The notes beneath the pieces are model-generated. The model was given only the letters and a program-made list of their open reading frames with translations. It had not been told where the DNA came from and ran no database searches. This document shows, in pieces, positions 47,067-55,974 of a DNA stretch of 64,000 nt. Both the position numbers and the translations under genes were made by a program. The first letter of the stretch is position 1. Every line of letters begins with the position of its first letter. Source of the DNA: Bacteroidota bacterium (GTDB lineage: Bacteria > Bacteroidota > Bacteroidia > NS11-12g > UBA955); the NCBI GenBank assembly GCA_041192805.1, contig JBEEMF010000086.1:128291-192290 (forward strand), in the 5' to 3' direction.

Positions 47067-48191
47067 ATGACGGCTATTTTCCCATATATTTTTTATCAAA
47101 ATTGCGCCACTTTATTGTTTGAGTACGATGGCGGCACTCCATTTCATTTGTATTTAAAATCATGTTTTAAGGAGAATAAAAATTGGGGCAGCACGGATAG
47201 AAAGCGTTACAGGAGTGCCTCTTATTACTTCTGGCGAAACGCCTTCGGCGTTTCGCGCCAATCCCCGGAAATCATTCTCAATTGGTTGCAAACCCATTTC
47301 ACACCTGAGATGGAAAATATGGAATCCAATTCCAACTATAATCCCTATCAGTCTTTAGACCAGTATTTAAGCCAAAACATCACCACAGACCTTCTCACGC
47401 CTTGGTTTATCAAAGAACCACTCGTATGGCTATCCAATGGCAACATTACCCTCAAAGGGCTCCAAGGGCAATTAATCAAAGCAGGAATCACCATCGAACA
47501 GACACATGGCAACGCCATCGCTGTATCAGGTCAAGTCAATCTGAATCCATGGGTAGATAACGGAAATGCCTATATTCAAGACATCTCTTCTCAAACCGCA
47601 ATGGATTGGACAACCCAGCCCATGGCCGCCTACTGTCACGCCAATAGCGATGTTTGGGACTGCTGCTCGGGTGCCGGAGGAAAATCCATTTCTCTACTAA
47701 AGCAATACCCAACCACCAAACTGACATGCTCTGATGTGAGATCCAATATTTTAGAAAACCTCAAGCAGCGATTTCAATTACTCGGTCTCAAACAACCCAA
47801 TGTATTCATCGCCCCATTGAACGGATACAACGACAGCCTTAACAGCAAGGATTCAAGCCTGACCTATAATGTAATCCTGGCCGACGTCCCGTGTTCAGGA
47901 AGTGGAACCTGGCGTAGAAATCCAGAAAATCTTCATTATTTCGACCCTCAAACCATAGAGCAATTTGCTGAGAGACAGTTGAGCATCATACAAAACGTAT
48001 TGCCGAGCCTTGCCGTTGGTGGGTATCTCGTATATCTAACCTGCTCAGTATTTGCGGCAGAAAACGAAAATAACATCAAACAAATAATGCAATCAAACGA
48101 CAATTTACAGCTAGTATCAGAAGAATTTTGTGGGGGAATTGACCTCCACGGCGACTTTATTTATCGCAGCGTATTACAGAAAGTGAATTAA
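47067..48191 (+). CDS. RsmB/NOP-family class I SAM-dependent RNA (m5C) methyltransferase
   Basis: 374 aa. SAM motif DCCSGAGGKS, and the catalytic Cys motifs ADVPCSGSGTWRRNPE and YLTCS. Confidence 0.75.
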   Translation: MTAIFPYIFYQNCATLLFEYDGGTPFHLYLKSCFKENKNWGSTDRKRYRSASYYFWRNAFGVSRQSPEIILNWLQTHFTPEMENMESNSNYNPYQSLDQYLSQNITTDLLTPWFIKEPLVWLSNGNITLKGLQGQLIKAGITIEQTHGNAIAVSGQVNLNPWVDNGNAYIQDISSQTAMDWTTQPMAAYCHANSDVWDCCSGAGGKSISLLKQYPTTKLTCSDVRSNILENLKQRFQLLGLKQPNVFIAPLNGYNDSLNSKDSSLTYNVILADVPCSGSGTWRRNPENLHYFDPQTIEQFAERQLSIIQNVLPSLAVGGYLVYLTCSVFAAENENNIKQIMQSNDNLQLVSEEFCGGIDLHGDFIYRSVLQKVN

Positions 48192-49183
48192 TTGGAATCG
48201 TAAGCCCATTTGAGGTAAATACTACCCCAAGTAAAGCCACCACCAAAACTACTAAGGATTAGATTATCCCCTTTTTTCAATTGCTGTTCCCACTCCCATA
48301 AGCACAAAGGCAATGTTCCTGAAGTGGTGTTGCCATACTTCTGAATATTGATCATCACTTTGTTCTTATCCAAGCCCATGCGATCCGCTGTAGCATCAAT
48401 GATTCTCAAATTGGCTTGGTGAGGAACCAACCACGCGATATCATCCGCAGAAAGGTTGTTTCTCTCCATAATTTCATAACTCACATCAGCCATACGCGTT
48501 ACCGCAAACTTAAACACCGTTTTACCCTCTTGGTAAGCATAGTGCAAGCGTTGGTCAATGGTTTCATGACTTGGCGGTAACATTGAACCACCCGCCTTTT
48601 GAATTAAAAAATCTCGTCCACTTCCATCAACACGCGTAATTGAATCTTGTATTCCCATTCCATCTGTGGAAGGCTCTAACAAAACACAACCCGCTCCGTC
48701 CCCAAATAAAACACAGGTATTGCGATCTGTGTAGTCAGTAATAGCGCTCATTTTGTCCGCCCCTACAACCAAAACTTTTTTGTGAGTACCTGTTTCGATA
48801 AATTTTGAGCCTGTTACTAAGGCAAATAAGAAACCGCTGCACGCAGCATTGACATCATATCCCCAAGAATTAACCGCACCAATTTTATCGGCAATTATAT
48901 TAGCCGTAGCAGGAAAAATATAATCACCTGTAACCGTGCCACAAATAATCATATCAATTTCAGAAGGATCTATTCCCCTCTTCGCCAACATGGGTAAGAT
49001 AGCACCTACTGCCAAATCAGACGACGCTTTTCCAGGTTCATCTAAAATATGACGTTCAGTGATACCCGTACGTGAACGAATCCATTCATCGTTGGTATCA
49101 ACCATTTTTTCTAAATCCGCGTTGCTAAGAATCTTGGGAGGAACATATCCACCCACCGCAGTGATGGCAGCTGTGATTTTCAT
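48188..49183 (-). CDS. fabH: beta-ketoacyl-ACP synthase III
   Basis: 331 aa. Motifs NDEW...RTGI.ER, the active-site Cys context AACSGF, HQAN.RI, GNTS..T.P and GGGFTWG. Confidence 0.93.
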   Translation of the reverse strand: MKITAAITAVGGYVPPKILSNADLEKMVDTNDEWIRSRTGITERHILDEPGKASSDLAVGAILPMLAKRGIDPSEIDMIICGTVTGDYIFPATANIIADKIGAVNSWGYDVNAACSGFLFALVTGSKFIETGTHKKVLVVGADKMSAITDYTDRNTCVLFGDGAGCVLLEPSTDGMGIQDSITRVDGSGRDFLIQKAGGSMLPPSHETIDQRLHYAYQEGKTVFKFAVTRMADVSYEIMERNNLSADDIAWLVPHQANLRIIDATADRMGLDKNKVMINIQKYGNTTSGTLPLCLWEWEQQLKKGDNLILSSFGGGFTWGSIYLKWAYDSN

Positions 49184-49186
49184 AAA

Positions 49187-50155
49187 TTAACCTGTTGTTT
49201 CTATTTGCGCAGCAATAAAACGGCTCATCGCCTTTTGAATTTTACTTGTCAATTGAGTTTCGACCGCGTCTTGTGCCAACTCTATCATCTTTAAGAAAGT
49301 TTCAGATTTGGTAATGCCATGGCCAACAATAACTGGGGCATTGACACCTAAAACCAAACTTCCACCGTAGTGTTTGAAATTAAATTGATCCAAATAATCG
49401 TCTTGAACGCCACGTTTCACCAAGCGATAATACATGCCCTCGCATACTTTGATGATCACATTGCCACTAAAGCCATCACAAACCACAACATCGGCAAGGT
49501 CACCAAAAATATCACGACCTTCCACGTTACCAACAAAATTAATTCCTTGGGTTTGAGCCAACAATTGATGCGTTGCTTTGATTAATAAATTGCCCTTTTC
49601 ACTTTCTTCGCCAATATTTAAAAGACCCACTTTTGGTGAGTCAACTTTGTACATCATGGAATAAAGCAAGTTACCGAGGAGTGCAAACTTTTCTAAATGT
49701 TCGGGTTTACAATCAGCATTAGCGCCAACATCTAACAACAGACCAGGGTTCATATTGACACGGGGAATAGCAGCCGTTAAGCAGGGCCTGTCGCATCCAT
49801 CTACCAATTTTAAATATTGAATAGATCCAACCAACATAGCACCCGTATTGCCGGCACTAACAAAAGCATCAATTTCTCCTTTAGCTAGTTGCAAGAAACC
49901 TTGCGCGATACTAGAATTGGGTTTTGATACCAAGGCTTTAACCGGGTGTTCTGCCATTTCAATGACATCAGGCGTATCAAAAATAGTAAAAATTTCGGGA
50001 TCGATACATTCACTCTCACAGACACGTAAAACAGCATCCTTAGAACCAAAAAGGACTACTTCTACGCCGTTCAAGGCCTTTACGGCCAATGAGGCACCTT
50101 TGACGGCTTCTAATGGGGCGAAATCCCCACCCATGGCGTCAATACCAATTTTCAT
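49187..50155 (-). CDS. plsX: phosphate acyltransferase
   Basis: 322 aa. Motifs MKIGIDAMGGD.AP and GNTGA, with C-terminal GHG. It sits in the conserved rpmF-plsX-fabH order. Confidence 0.93.
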   Translation of the reverse strand: MKIGIDAMGGDFAPLEAVKGASLAVKALNGVEVVLFGSKDAVLRVCESECIDPEIFTIFDTPDVIEMAEHPVKALVSKPNSSIAQGFLQLAKGEIDAFVSAGNTGAMLVGSIQYLKLVDGCDRPCLTAAIPRVNMNPGLLLDVGANADCKPEHLEKFALLGNLLYSMMYKVDSPKVGLLNIGEESEKGNLLIKATHQLLAQTQGINFVGNVEGRDIFGDLADVVVCDGFSGNVIIKVCEGMYYRLVKRGVQDDYLDQFNFKHYGGSLVLGVNAPVIVGHGITKSETFLKMIELAQDAVETQLTSKIQKAMSRFIAAQIETTG

Positions 50156-50156
50156 T

Positions 50157-50342
50157 TTAGCTATCGTTGCGACCCTTCATTACCTTCTGGCCGCGGTACA
50201 TTCCTGTTTCGAGATTTACACGATGGTACAATGAAACATCACCAGTTACTGGATCAGCAATCATTGGACGGACTTCAATTTTGTCATGAGTACGACGTTT
50301 GTCGCGACGGGTTTTGGATATTTTTCGTTTAGGATGTGCCAT
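50157..50342 (-). CDS. rpmF: 50S ribosomal protein L32
   Basis: 61 aa. [19 protein letters not shown] is the canonical L32 N-terminus. Confidence 0.93.
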   Translation of the reverse strand: MAHPKRKISKTRRDKRRTHDKIEVRPMIADPVTGDVSLYHRVNLETGMYRGQKVMKGRNDS

Positions 50343-50350
50343 TTCCTTGG

Positions 50351-50893
50351 TTATTTGTTTTTTAGTTGTTTCAATTTCTCCCAGCGAGCATCCACAACTT
50401 CATCTGTTGTTTCTCCGCTGAGCGTATTTAGTTTCTGAATCATTGCCTGATCACAGGGTTTACTCTCCAAATCATCACAATTCCTAATCATAGGTAAAGC
50501 CAATAAACTTGTTTCATAAACGGGGCGAGCGATACTCAATTCGAAATCATGCGGACGTAAGTAGATTAACTCTACTCCCTCATCTTCGTGATCCACATCC
50601 ACAGTTTCATGACTATCTAACTTAACGATCAAAAGATATTTCGTTTCAATTCCCAAAGGAATATCTACCAAACACCGGTGACAATCGACTGTCATGCTAC
50701 CATGTATGTCGAGGTGACAATGCATCCAGTTAACATTTTTGTCAACCAAGACTTGCACTTCCACATCGGCTTTATGTACCTCAGCACTCCCCAATTCTTC
50801 AAAGAACGCTTCGTTAACTCGGAAGTTCAACGAGTGTTTGCCATCTTTTAATTTGACAAACTCAATGATTAGATCTTCCGCTTTATCGAACAT
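50351..50893 (-). CDS. YceD/DUF177 family protein (large-subunit rRNA accumulation)
   Basis: ORF 50351..50914 (TTG), with the ATG at 50893 preferred. It holds the conserved position upstream of rpmF. A C.R.C-type Cys pair (DCHRC) and an acidic C-terminus are present. Confidence 0.8.
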   Translation of the reverse strand: MFDKAEDLIIEFVKLKDGKHSLNFRVNEAFFEELGSAEVHKADVEVQVLVDKNVNWMHCHLDIHGSMTVDCHRCLVDIPLGIETKYLLIVKLDSHETVDVDHEDEGVELIYLRPHDFELSIARPVYETSLLALPMIRNCDDLESKPCDQAMIQKLNTLSGETTDEVVDARWEKLKQLKNK

Positions 50894-50911
50894 CGTTACT
50901 AAAACGAACGG

Positions 50912-50919
50912 CAAAAATA
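50912..50919 (-). promoter_or_regulatory. candidate -7 box (TATTTTTG on minus strand)
   Basis: Exact TAnnTTTG match, 18 nt upstream of the ATG at 50893. It would drive yceD-rpmF-plsX-fabH. Confidence 0.4.
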
Positions 50920-50995
50920 CGCAATATTATAGAAAAATCAAAGGAATGCCCTGAATAAATTGAAATGAGACGCCTTTTTGAGAAGGCAAAAAAAA

Positions 50996-51021
50996 CCCGA
51001 AGTTTCCTTCGGGTTTTTTTT
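50996..51021 (-). terminator. rho-independent terminator after gldN (symmetrical A/T flanks)
   Basis: CCCGAAG-TTTC-CTTCGGG hairpin at 50996-51013, flanked by an A-run (50987-50995) and T8 (51014-51021). On the minus strand the A-run reads as the U-tract after gldN. A second small hairpin, GCCTT..AAGGC (50972-50987), follows. Confidence 0.75.
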
Positions 51022-51040
51022 AAATATCAGTTATGTAAGA

Positions 51041-52027
51041 TTAATACTCCCACAAATCATGCTCAAAGATGAACAAGTCGTTTTTGATTTCTTCCGCACG
51101 AAGCAATGAAGCCAAACCATCTTGCTTAAACTCAGCCTTTTGAGTGATGTATCTATCATCCCACTCAGACGTTTTTACGATATAACTATCGAACAAACGA
51201 TGGTGGTTGATATGCTGGTCCCAATTCAAACGCATTGCATCATTGTATCTATTGAATACTTCTGCTTTGGCCAATGTAGGACGACAATCATCCATTTTCA
51301 ACCAAAAAGGTTTCACATCATAAGACTGACCCATGATCATTTTAGGCTGAATTGGAGCAATACCAATGATAATCGGCTTCAATTCACCATGCTTATAATC
51401 AAAAACCCAATCTTCCATGATTTCAAACTTCTGTATCAAATCCCAGCTGAAGTATTCAGGGAAAGAAGTATCAACCAAATCCGTGGGGTCATCAGATCCA
51501 GGACGTTGCTTTGAAGTTGTAATGATCTCTGAAGTAGAACGAATGATATCCTCTGGTGTCATGATACGATTAAAAGAATCAGTAGCATACGCACGCAACA
51601 AGCCTTTGGTTCCAAATTCCCAGAACACTTGAGAAATAGGATTCTTAGGCCATGTCCAAGAACGATTCATCTTTTGACGCAAATCGATCACACGCCAAAC
51701 ACGCTTGCGGTATTGAACATCCGCATTGCGCAAATATGGACGGGGCATAACAATACCTTGCAAGTTGCGAATATTGGTATCCTGATTCACGTATTCAGGC
51801 TCATAATGAGGAACCGTAGGGTCATCATAGTGTGTTCCAATTGTAGGAATCACAATTTCAACATCCTTTTTGGGCTCACCAGTTGATTCCGAAGGTGCTG
51901 GTGCTGATGGTGAGGTTTTACCACCTTTAGCTGCAGGTTCTGGTGTAGAACCCCAACCGCCACCCCAGTCTTGCGCTTGCAAGCCGGCTGCCGTGAATAA
52001 TGCGAGTGTGAATAAAATGCGTTTCAT
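51041..52027 (-). CDS. gldN: gliding motility / T9SS protein GldN (PorN)
   Basis: 328 aa with a signal peptide. The conserved block YRKRVWRVIDLRQKMN and its position as last gene of gldKLMN support the call. It has an N-terminal low-complexity insert (GGGWGSTPEPAAKGGKTSPSAPAPSESTGEPKK). Confidence 0.85.
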   Translation of the reverse strand: MKRILFTLALFTAAGLQAQDWGGGWGSTPEPAAKGGKTSPSAPAPSESTGEPKKDVEIVIPTIGTHYDDPTVPHYEPEYVNQDTNIRNLQGIVMPRPYLRNADVQYRKRVWRVIDLRQKMNRSWTWPKNPISQVFWEFGTKGLLRAYATDSFNRIMTPEDIIRSTSEIITTSKQRPGSDDPTDLVDTSFPEYFSWDLIQKFEIMEDWVFDYKHGELKPIIIGIAPIQPKMIMGQSYDVKPFWLKMDDCRPTLAKAEVFNRYNDAMRLNWDQHINHHRLFDSYIVKTSEWDDRYITQKAEFKQDGLASLLRAEEIKNDLFIFEHDLWEY

Positions 52028-52038
52028 ATTTGTTTCTA

Positions 52039-53700
52039 TTATTGAACTGCGCCACCCACGTTATCCAAGAATTTCGGGGTTTTGTCTGGTCCGATTACTT
52101 TAATTTGGTCAAACTGAATCAAATCACCAGGTCCTAACATTTTCAAGAATGTTGAAATCGGTGACAAAGATGCGCCGTTAGCCGTCATGATTTTGGGTCC
52201 ATTAGTACGACGTCCGATACATGTAAAACGATATGACAATACTTCATATTTCACACCATCGTAAACGAAGTTATCCAAAGCAGCAACCGCATTCGCTTGC
52301 ACTTTCAATGCAGATAAAGAAATTGGTCCGCTAAATCCAACACTACCCGCCTTGAATACTGGACGAGGAACGTTACGGATCTTGAATTTCTTATCTCCCA
52401 TTGAAACGGTACGCCCGTCAGGCAACTTTGCAGTTACTTTGATCAAACATTCGTTACCATTACGTACAGGAACCAAAGCGTTGAACTGACCTGGTTTAGC
52501 AGCGCGAAGATTCACACCACCACCCACAACAGATACAGTTACATTTTTAGGATCTACACCACCCACAGATACAGAAATAGGGTTAGGCAAACCTACGTAC
52601 AATACATTCAACTCATCTGCAGAAATCGCTGCTTGTGGAGCAAATACACTATATTCAGCTTCAGTTTCGTAATTGTCCGATCCACCACCATTAGGCTTAG
52701 GAACCTGAATATCTACTTTGTATTTCTGAGAACCAGGAGATGCACTAGTTACTTTGTATTTTCCAACTCCATCAACTACTTCAATGGGGCGACCGTTAAC
52801 AGTCACAATCATTTGAGCCTTGGAGTTGTAAGCAGCCAACAAAATGTTAGCTTCGTAAGTTTGGTTTGTCAATACCGCTGAAGTAGCTGAAGAAACAACA
52901 GGAATCAATTTGTCGAACTTGTAATCTGCAGCATTCACTGATTCTGCCAAGGCTTGCATAACTTCTGCTTCCATAGAACGTGAATCGTTTTCTACCTTAC
53001 TCAACATGGCAAATACACCAGCCAATGGAGAATGCTCTAAATACATTGATACCCAAGTCTGCTCTGTTCCGCTAGAATTGGTAGTATTGTTTGCATACAA
53101 AGAAGTTTTCTCTTCGATTGCCTTCATACGATCCAACAACATTTTCTTAGTTTCAGGAGCTGCAGCCAAAATTGGATCAACGGAAGCCTTCTTCATGACA
53201 TTCAACATCTCAATACGAGCCTTGTTGATTGCATCTTGAAGTTCAGTACCATTTTTACCATCCTCATCTACCATGAAGTAGTGACCATGAAGTTCCATGT
53301 TATCTCCTTGTGCCAATTCCGCAACTCCACCTTTAACCAACAGGGCTTCAGGCTCTTGCTTACGACCCATTTTAGGATCTTTTTGGTCACCAGAACGAAG
53401 TAGCAATTCATTTTTGATACCATTCAAACGAACAATCAAAGTCTTACTAATGACTTGTACTTGATTACAATATGAAACTGCTGCAGCAGCGGCCTTGTTT
53501 TCAGAGGCAGTTTTTACCAATGAGCCTAAAACAGCTGTGTTCTTTTGAACGATGTTTTTTGTAGAATTATCCAAAGAGTTTTCAATCAAGTTAAACGCCT
53601 TGATGATTTCTTTAGATACGTTAAGTGCCAAAAGCGCTGTCAACACGAGGTACATCATGTTGATCATCTTCTGACGTGCGGATACTTTACCACCTGCCAT
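52039..53700 (-). CDS. gldM: gliding motility / T9SS protein GldM (PorM)
   Basis: 553 aa. The N-terminus MAGGKVSARQKMINMMYLVLTALLALNVSKE is the hallmark GldM start with a single TM helix. It is followed by a long periplasmic region. Confidence 0.88.
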   Translation of the reverse strand: MAGGKVSARQKMINMMYLVLTALLALNVSKEIIKAFNLIENSLDNSTKNIVQKNTAVLGSLVKTASENKAAAAAVSYCNQVQVISKTLIVRLNGIKNELLLRSGDQKDPKMGRKQEPEALLVKGGVAELAQGDNMELHGHYFMVDEDGKNGTELQDAINKARIEMLNVMKKASVDPILAAAPETKKMLLDRMKAIEEKTSLYANNTTNSSGTEQTWVSMYLEHSPLAGVFAMLSKVENDSRSMEAEVMQALAESVNAADYKFDKLIPVVSSATSAVLTNQTYEANILLAAYNSKAQMIVTVNGRPIEVVDGVGKYKVTSASPGSQKYKVDIQVPKPNGGGSDNYETEAEYSVFAPQAAISADELNVLYVGLPNPISVSVGGVDPKNVTVSVVGGGVNLRAAKPGQFNALVPVRNGNECLIKVTAKLPDGRTVSMGDKKFKIRNVPRPVFKAGSVGFSGPISLSALKVQANAVAALDNFVYDGVKYEVLSYRFTCIGRRTNGPKIMTANGASLSPISTFLKMLGPGDLIQFDQIKVIGPDKTPKFLDNVGGAVQ

Positions 53701-53739
53701 TATCTATATCTCCTTTTTAAATTGGGTTAGATAAATAGA

Positions 53740-54402
53740 TTAGGCTTTGCTAGCGCCCATAGCGCTCAACATATTACCGTAAATTGAATTCAAATTGCTC
53801 AAATTGCGATTCAACTTAGACAACTCACCGGCAAACTCAGCAGTAGCTGCTTCAGTTGAATTGATGTTTGTTAAAGCACCCTGCAAACCTGCAGAGAAAT
53901 TACCCATTGAATCAGATACCATTGCAGAACTATCAGCAATTGCATTCAAATTCTTAGCCGCTTTTGACGCATTCTCAGCATACTCATTCGTTGCAACAGC
54001 TGCATTCGACAAAGTACCCATATCTTTTACGTTATTGCTCAATGAAGACAAACCATTTCCCAAACTTTCGATCAATTCTGGACCAATTTTAGCTTGAGCC
54101 AACATGTTATCTAATTGTTGAGTAAGAGTTCCACTTGATTTCTTTTTAGTTTCAGTTGGGTCACCACCAGCCAATTCAGGATATACTAATGACCAATCTG
54201 GATCCATATGCACAGGTTCAAAAGAAGAAATTACGAAAATTCCGGCTTCTGTCAATAGACCCACCGACAACATAAGATCTGCACCTTTCAAGTGCAAAAT
54301 TTTAAACAATGCTCCCACGATTACTACCGCCGCGCCCATACCATAAACGAAGTTCATCGTAGTTTTAAACTTTTTTGTCTCAAAGAAACTTTTGTTGCTC
54401 AT
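53740..54402 (-). CDS. gldL: gliding motility / T9SS protein GldL (PorL)
   Basis: 220 aa with two N-terminal TM helices. VYGMGAAVVIVGALFKILHLKGA and LLTEAGIFVISSFEP (conserved Glu) are typical of GldL. Confidence 0.88.
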   Translation of the reverse strand: MSNKSFFETKKFKTTMNFVYGMGAAVVIVGALFKILHLKGADLMLSVGLLTEAGIFVISSFEPVHMDPDWSLVYPELAGGDPTETKKKSSGTLTQQLDNMLAQAKIGPELIESLGNGLSSLSNNVKDMGTLSNAAVATNEYAENASKAAKNLNAIADSSAMVSDSMGNFSAGLQGALTNINSTEAATAEFAGELSKLNRNLSNLNSIYGNMLSAMGASKA

Positions 54403-54463
54403 ATTTATTTTTGTTATAGTTAGTTGAATAGTTAACGAATCAAATTTGAATTTATTCTAAAAC

Positions 54464-55834
54464 TTATTTACGGTCAGTGTTTGAACGACCAATGTATGTT
54501 TGAACACAACGGAAACCTACATAAGACTTACTAGTGTCCTGGTATTCGTAAGTTCTAGCTCCATTTTCGATGAAGTAAGCGACATCCTTCCAAGAACCAC
54601 CGCGGATGACTTTGCGTTTTTCGTTGATCGGAATATCTTTAACCTGACGCGTGCCTTCTTTGCCTCTTTCTTTGATGAATTTATAAGATTCACCATTTAA
54701 ATCATGCGCAAAAGCATTGTTCGCCTCATCCCATGAAGTACGTGTCCATTCAGAAACGTTACCCGACATGTTATATAAACCAAAGTCATTAGGGAAATAA
54801 CTGTCGACACGAACTGGATAAACACCACCGTCAACACCATAGTTACCGCGCAATGGCTTAAAGTTAGCTAACATACAACCCTTGCTATTTCTAGCATAAG
54901 GTCCGCCCCATGGATATTTATTTCCGATACGACCGCCACGAGCAGCATACTCCCACTCATATTCAGTTGGCAAACGGAAATCATGCGTATTTGGTAGATA
55001 TCCATTCATTTCCCAATAAGCTGTCTTGCGATCAGTTCTCCAACGACAGAAAGCATACGCTTGATGCCAAGAAACACCGACAACTGGATATTCATCATAT
55101 TTTGGGTGGTGGAAATATACCTGTGCCATTGGCTCGTTGTATGAATAGGTGAAATCACGTACCCAACACAATGTATCTGGGTAAACCAAAACATCCTCTG
55201 TACGCATGAATTTACCACGATCCATTGGATTGTATTTATCGCGATCCTGGTTCGCAGCCGCATCAAAATCCGTCCACATGAAATGGTAAATCAACTTACG
55301 AGTGTCGATTTGATGCTTCCCTTGGAAACGCTCATCTCCTTGATACCACATATCAGCCAATTCCTCCTTGTGCTTCAACCAATCCACTTCGCGATAAGGG
55401 TTAATCAAACGATTGCCCTCCTCATCCTCTGGGAAGTAATATTCATCATCATCACACATGATTCTCGCCAATGAATCGATTACATAATTCACAAACTGAC
55501 GGTATTCGTTGTTTGTGATCTCTGTTTCGTCCATCCAGAAACCAGTTATGGTCATCTGTTTGTTCGGCTCCAAGTAGGAATTGAATACATCCTGCCCTCC
55601 TTGTCCTGTATGAAAAGTTCCTGATTTCACGTACACCATTCCCGGAGGCTGGGGGTGAAACCAAGGTCGTCTGCCTAGAACACCGGTCAAATCACCGGTA
55701 TCGGCTGGTCCGCATGAATAGACCATTACAGAAGCTACGATCGCAGCCCTGCGTAAGGTTCGATTGCCCAAGAAATTCAAAGCTTTCTTAGCGAACTCGT
55801 TGTTTGTGAAGAGACTCATCACTGTATTTTTCAT
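54464..55834 (-). CDS. gldK: gliding motility / T9SS lipoprotein GldK (PorK), FGE-sulfatase fold
   Basis: 456 aa. Lipobox (VMVYSCG), a formylglycine-generating-enzyme-like domain (ETEITN.EY..F, YPWG, N.SEW, RGGSW), and synteny. Confidence 0.9.
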   Translation of the reverse strand: MKNTVMSLFTNNEFAKKALNFLGNRTLRRAAIVASVMVYSCGPADTGDLTGVLGRRPWFHPQPPGMVYVKSGTFHTGQGGQDVFNSYLEPNKQMTITGFWMDETEITNNEYRQFVNYVIDSLARIMCDDDEYYFPEDEEGNRLINPYREVDWLKHKEELADMWYQGDERFQGKHQIDTRKLIYHFMWTDFDAAANQDRDKYNPMDRGKFMRTEDVLVYPDTLCWVRDFTYSYNEPMAQVYFHHPKYDEYPVVGVSWHQAYAFCRWRTDRKTAYWEMNGYLPNTHDFRLPTEYEWEYAARGGRIGNKYPWGGPYARNSKGCMLANFKPLRGNYGVDGGVYPVRVDSYFPNDFGLYNMSGNVSEWTRTSWDEANNAFAHDLNGESYKFIKERGKEGTRQVKDIPINEKRKVIRGGSWKDVAYFIENGARTYEYQDTSKSYVGFRCVQTYIGRSNTDRK

Positions 55835-55871
55835 TATGCAGTTTTGATATTGCGTATTGTTTCTAAGATTG

Positions 55872-55879
55872 CAAAAATA
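55872..55879 (-). promoter_or_regulatory. candidate -7 box (TATTTTTG on minus strand)
   Basis: Exact TAnnTTTG match, 37 nt upstream of the gldK ATG (55834). It lies inside the 140-nt AT-rich porP-gldK spacer. Confidence 0.35.
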
Positions 55880-55974
55880 AAGTTCTATTTGAATAAATCA
55901 ACATTTTATTTATTTTCGGTATCTATGAAACGACAAAATCGAATGTTTATTTTATGTGGATAAATATTTTTTAA

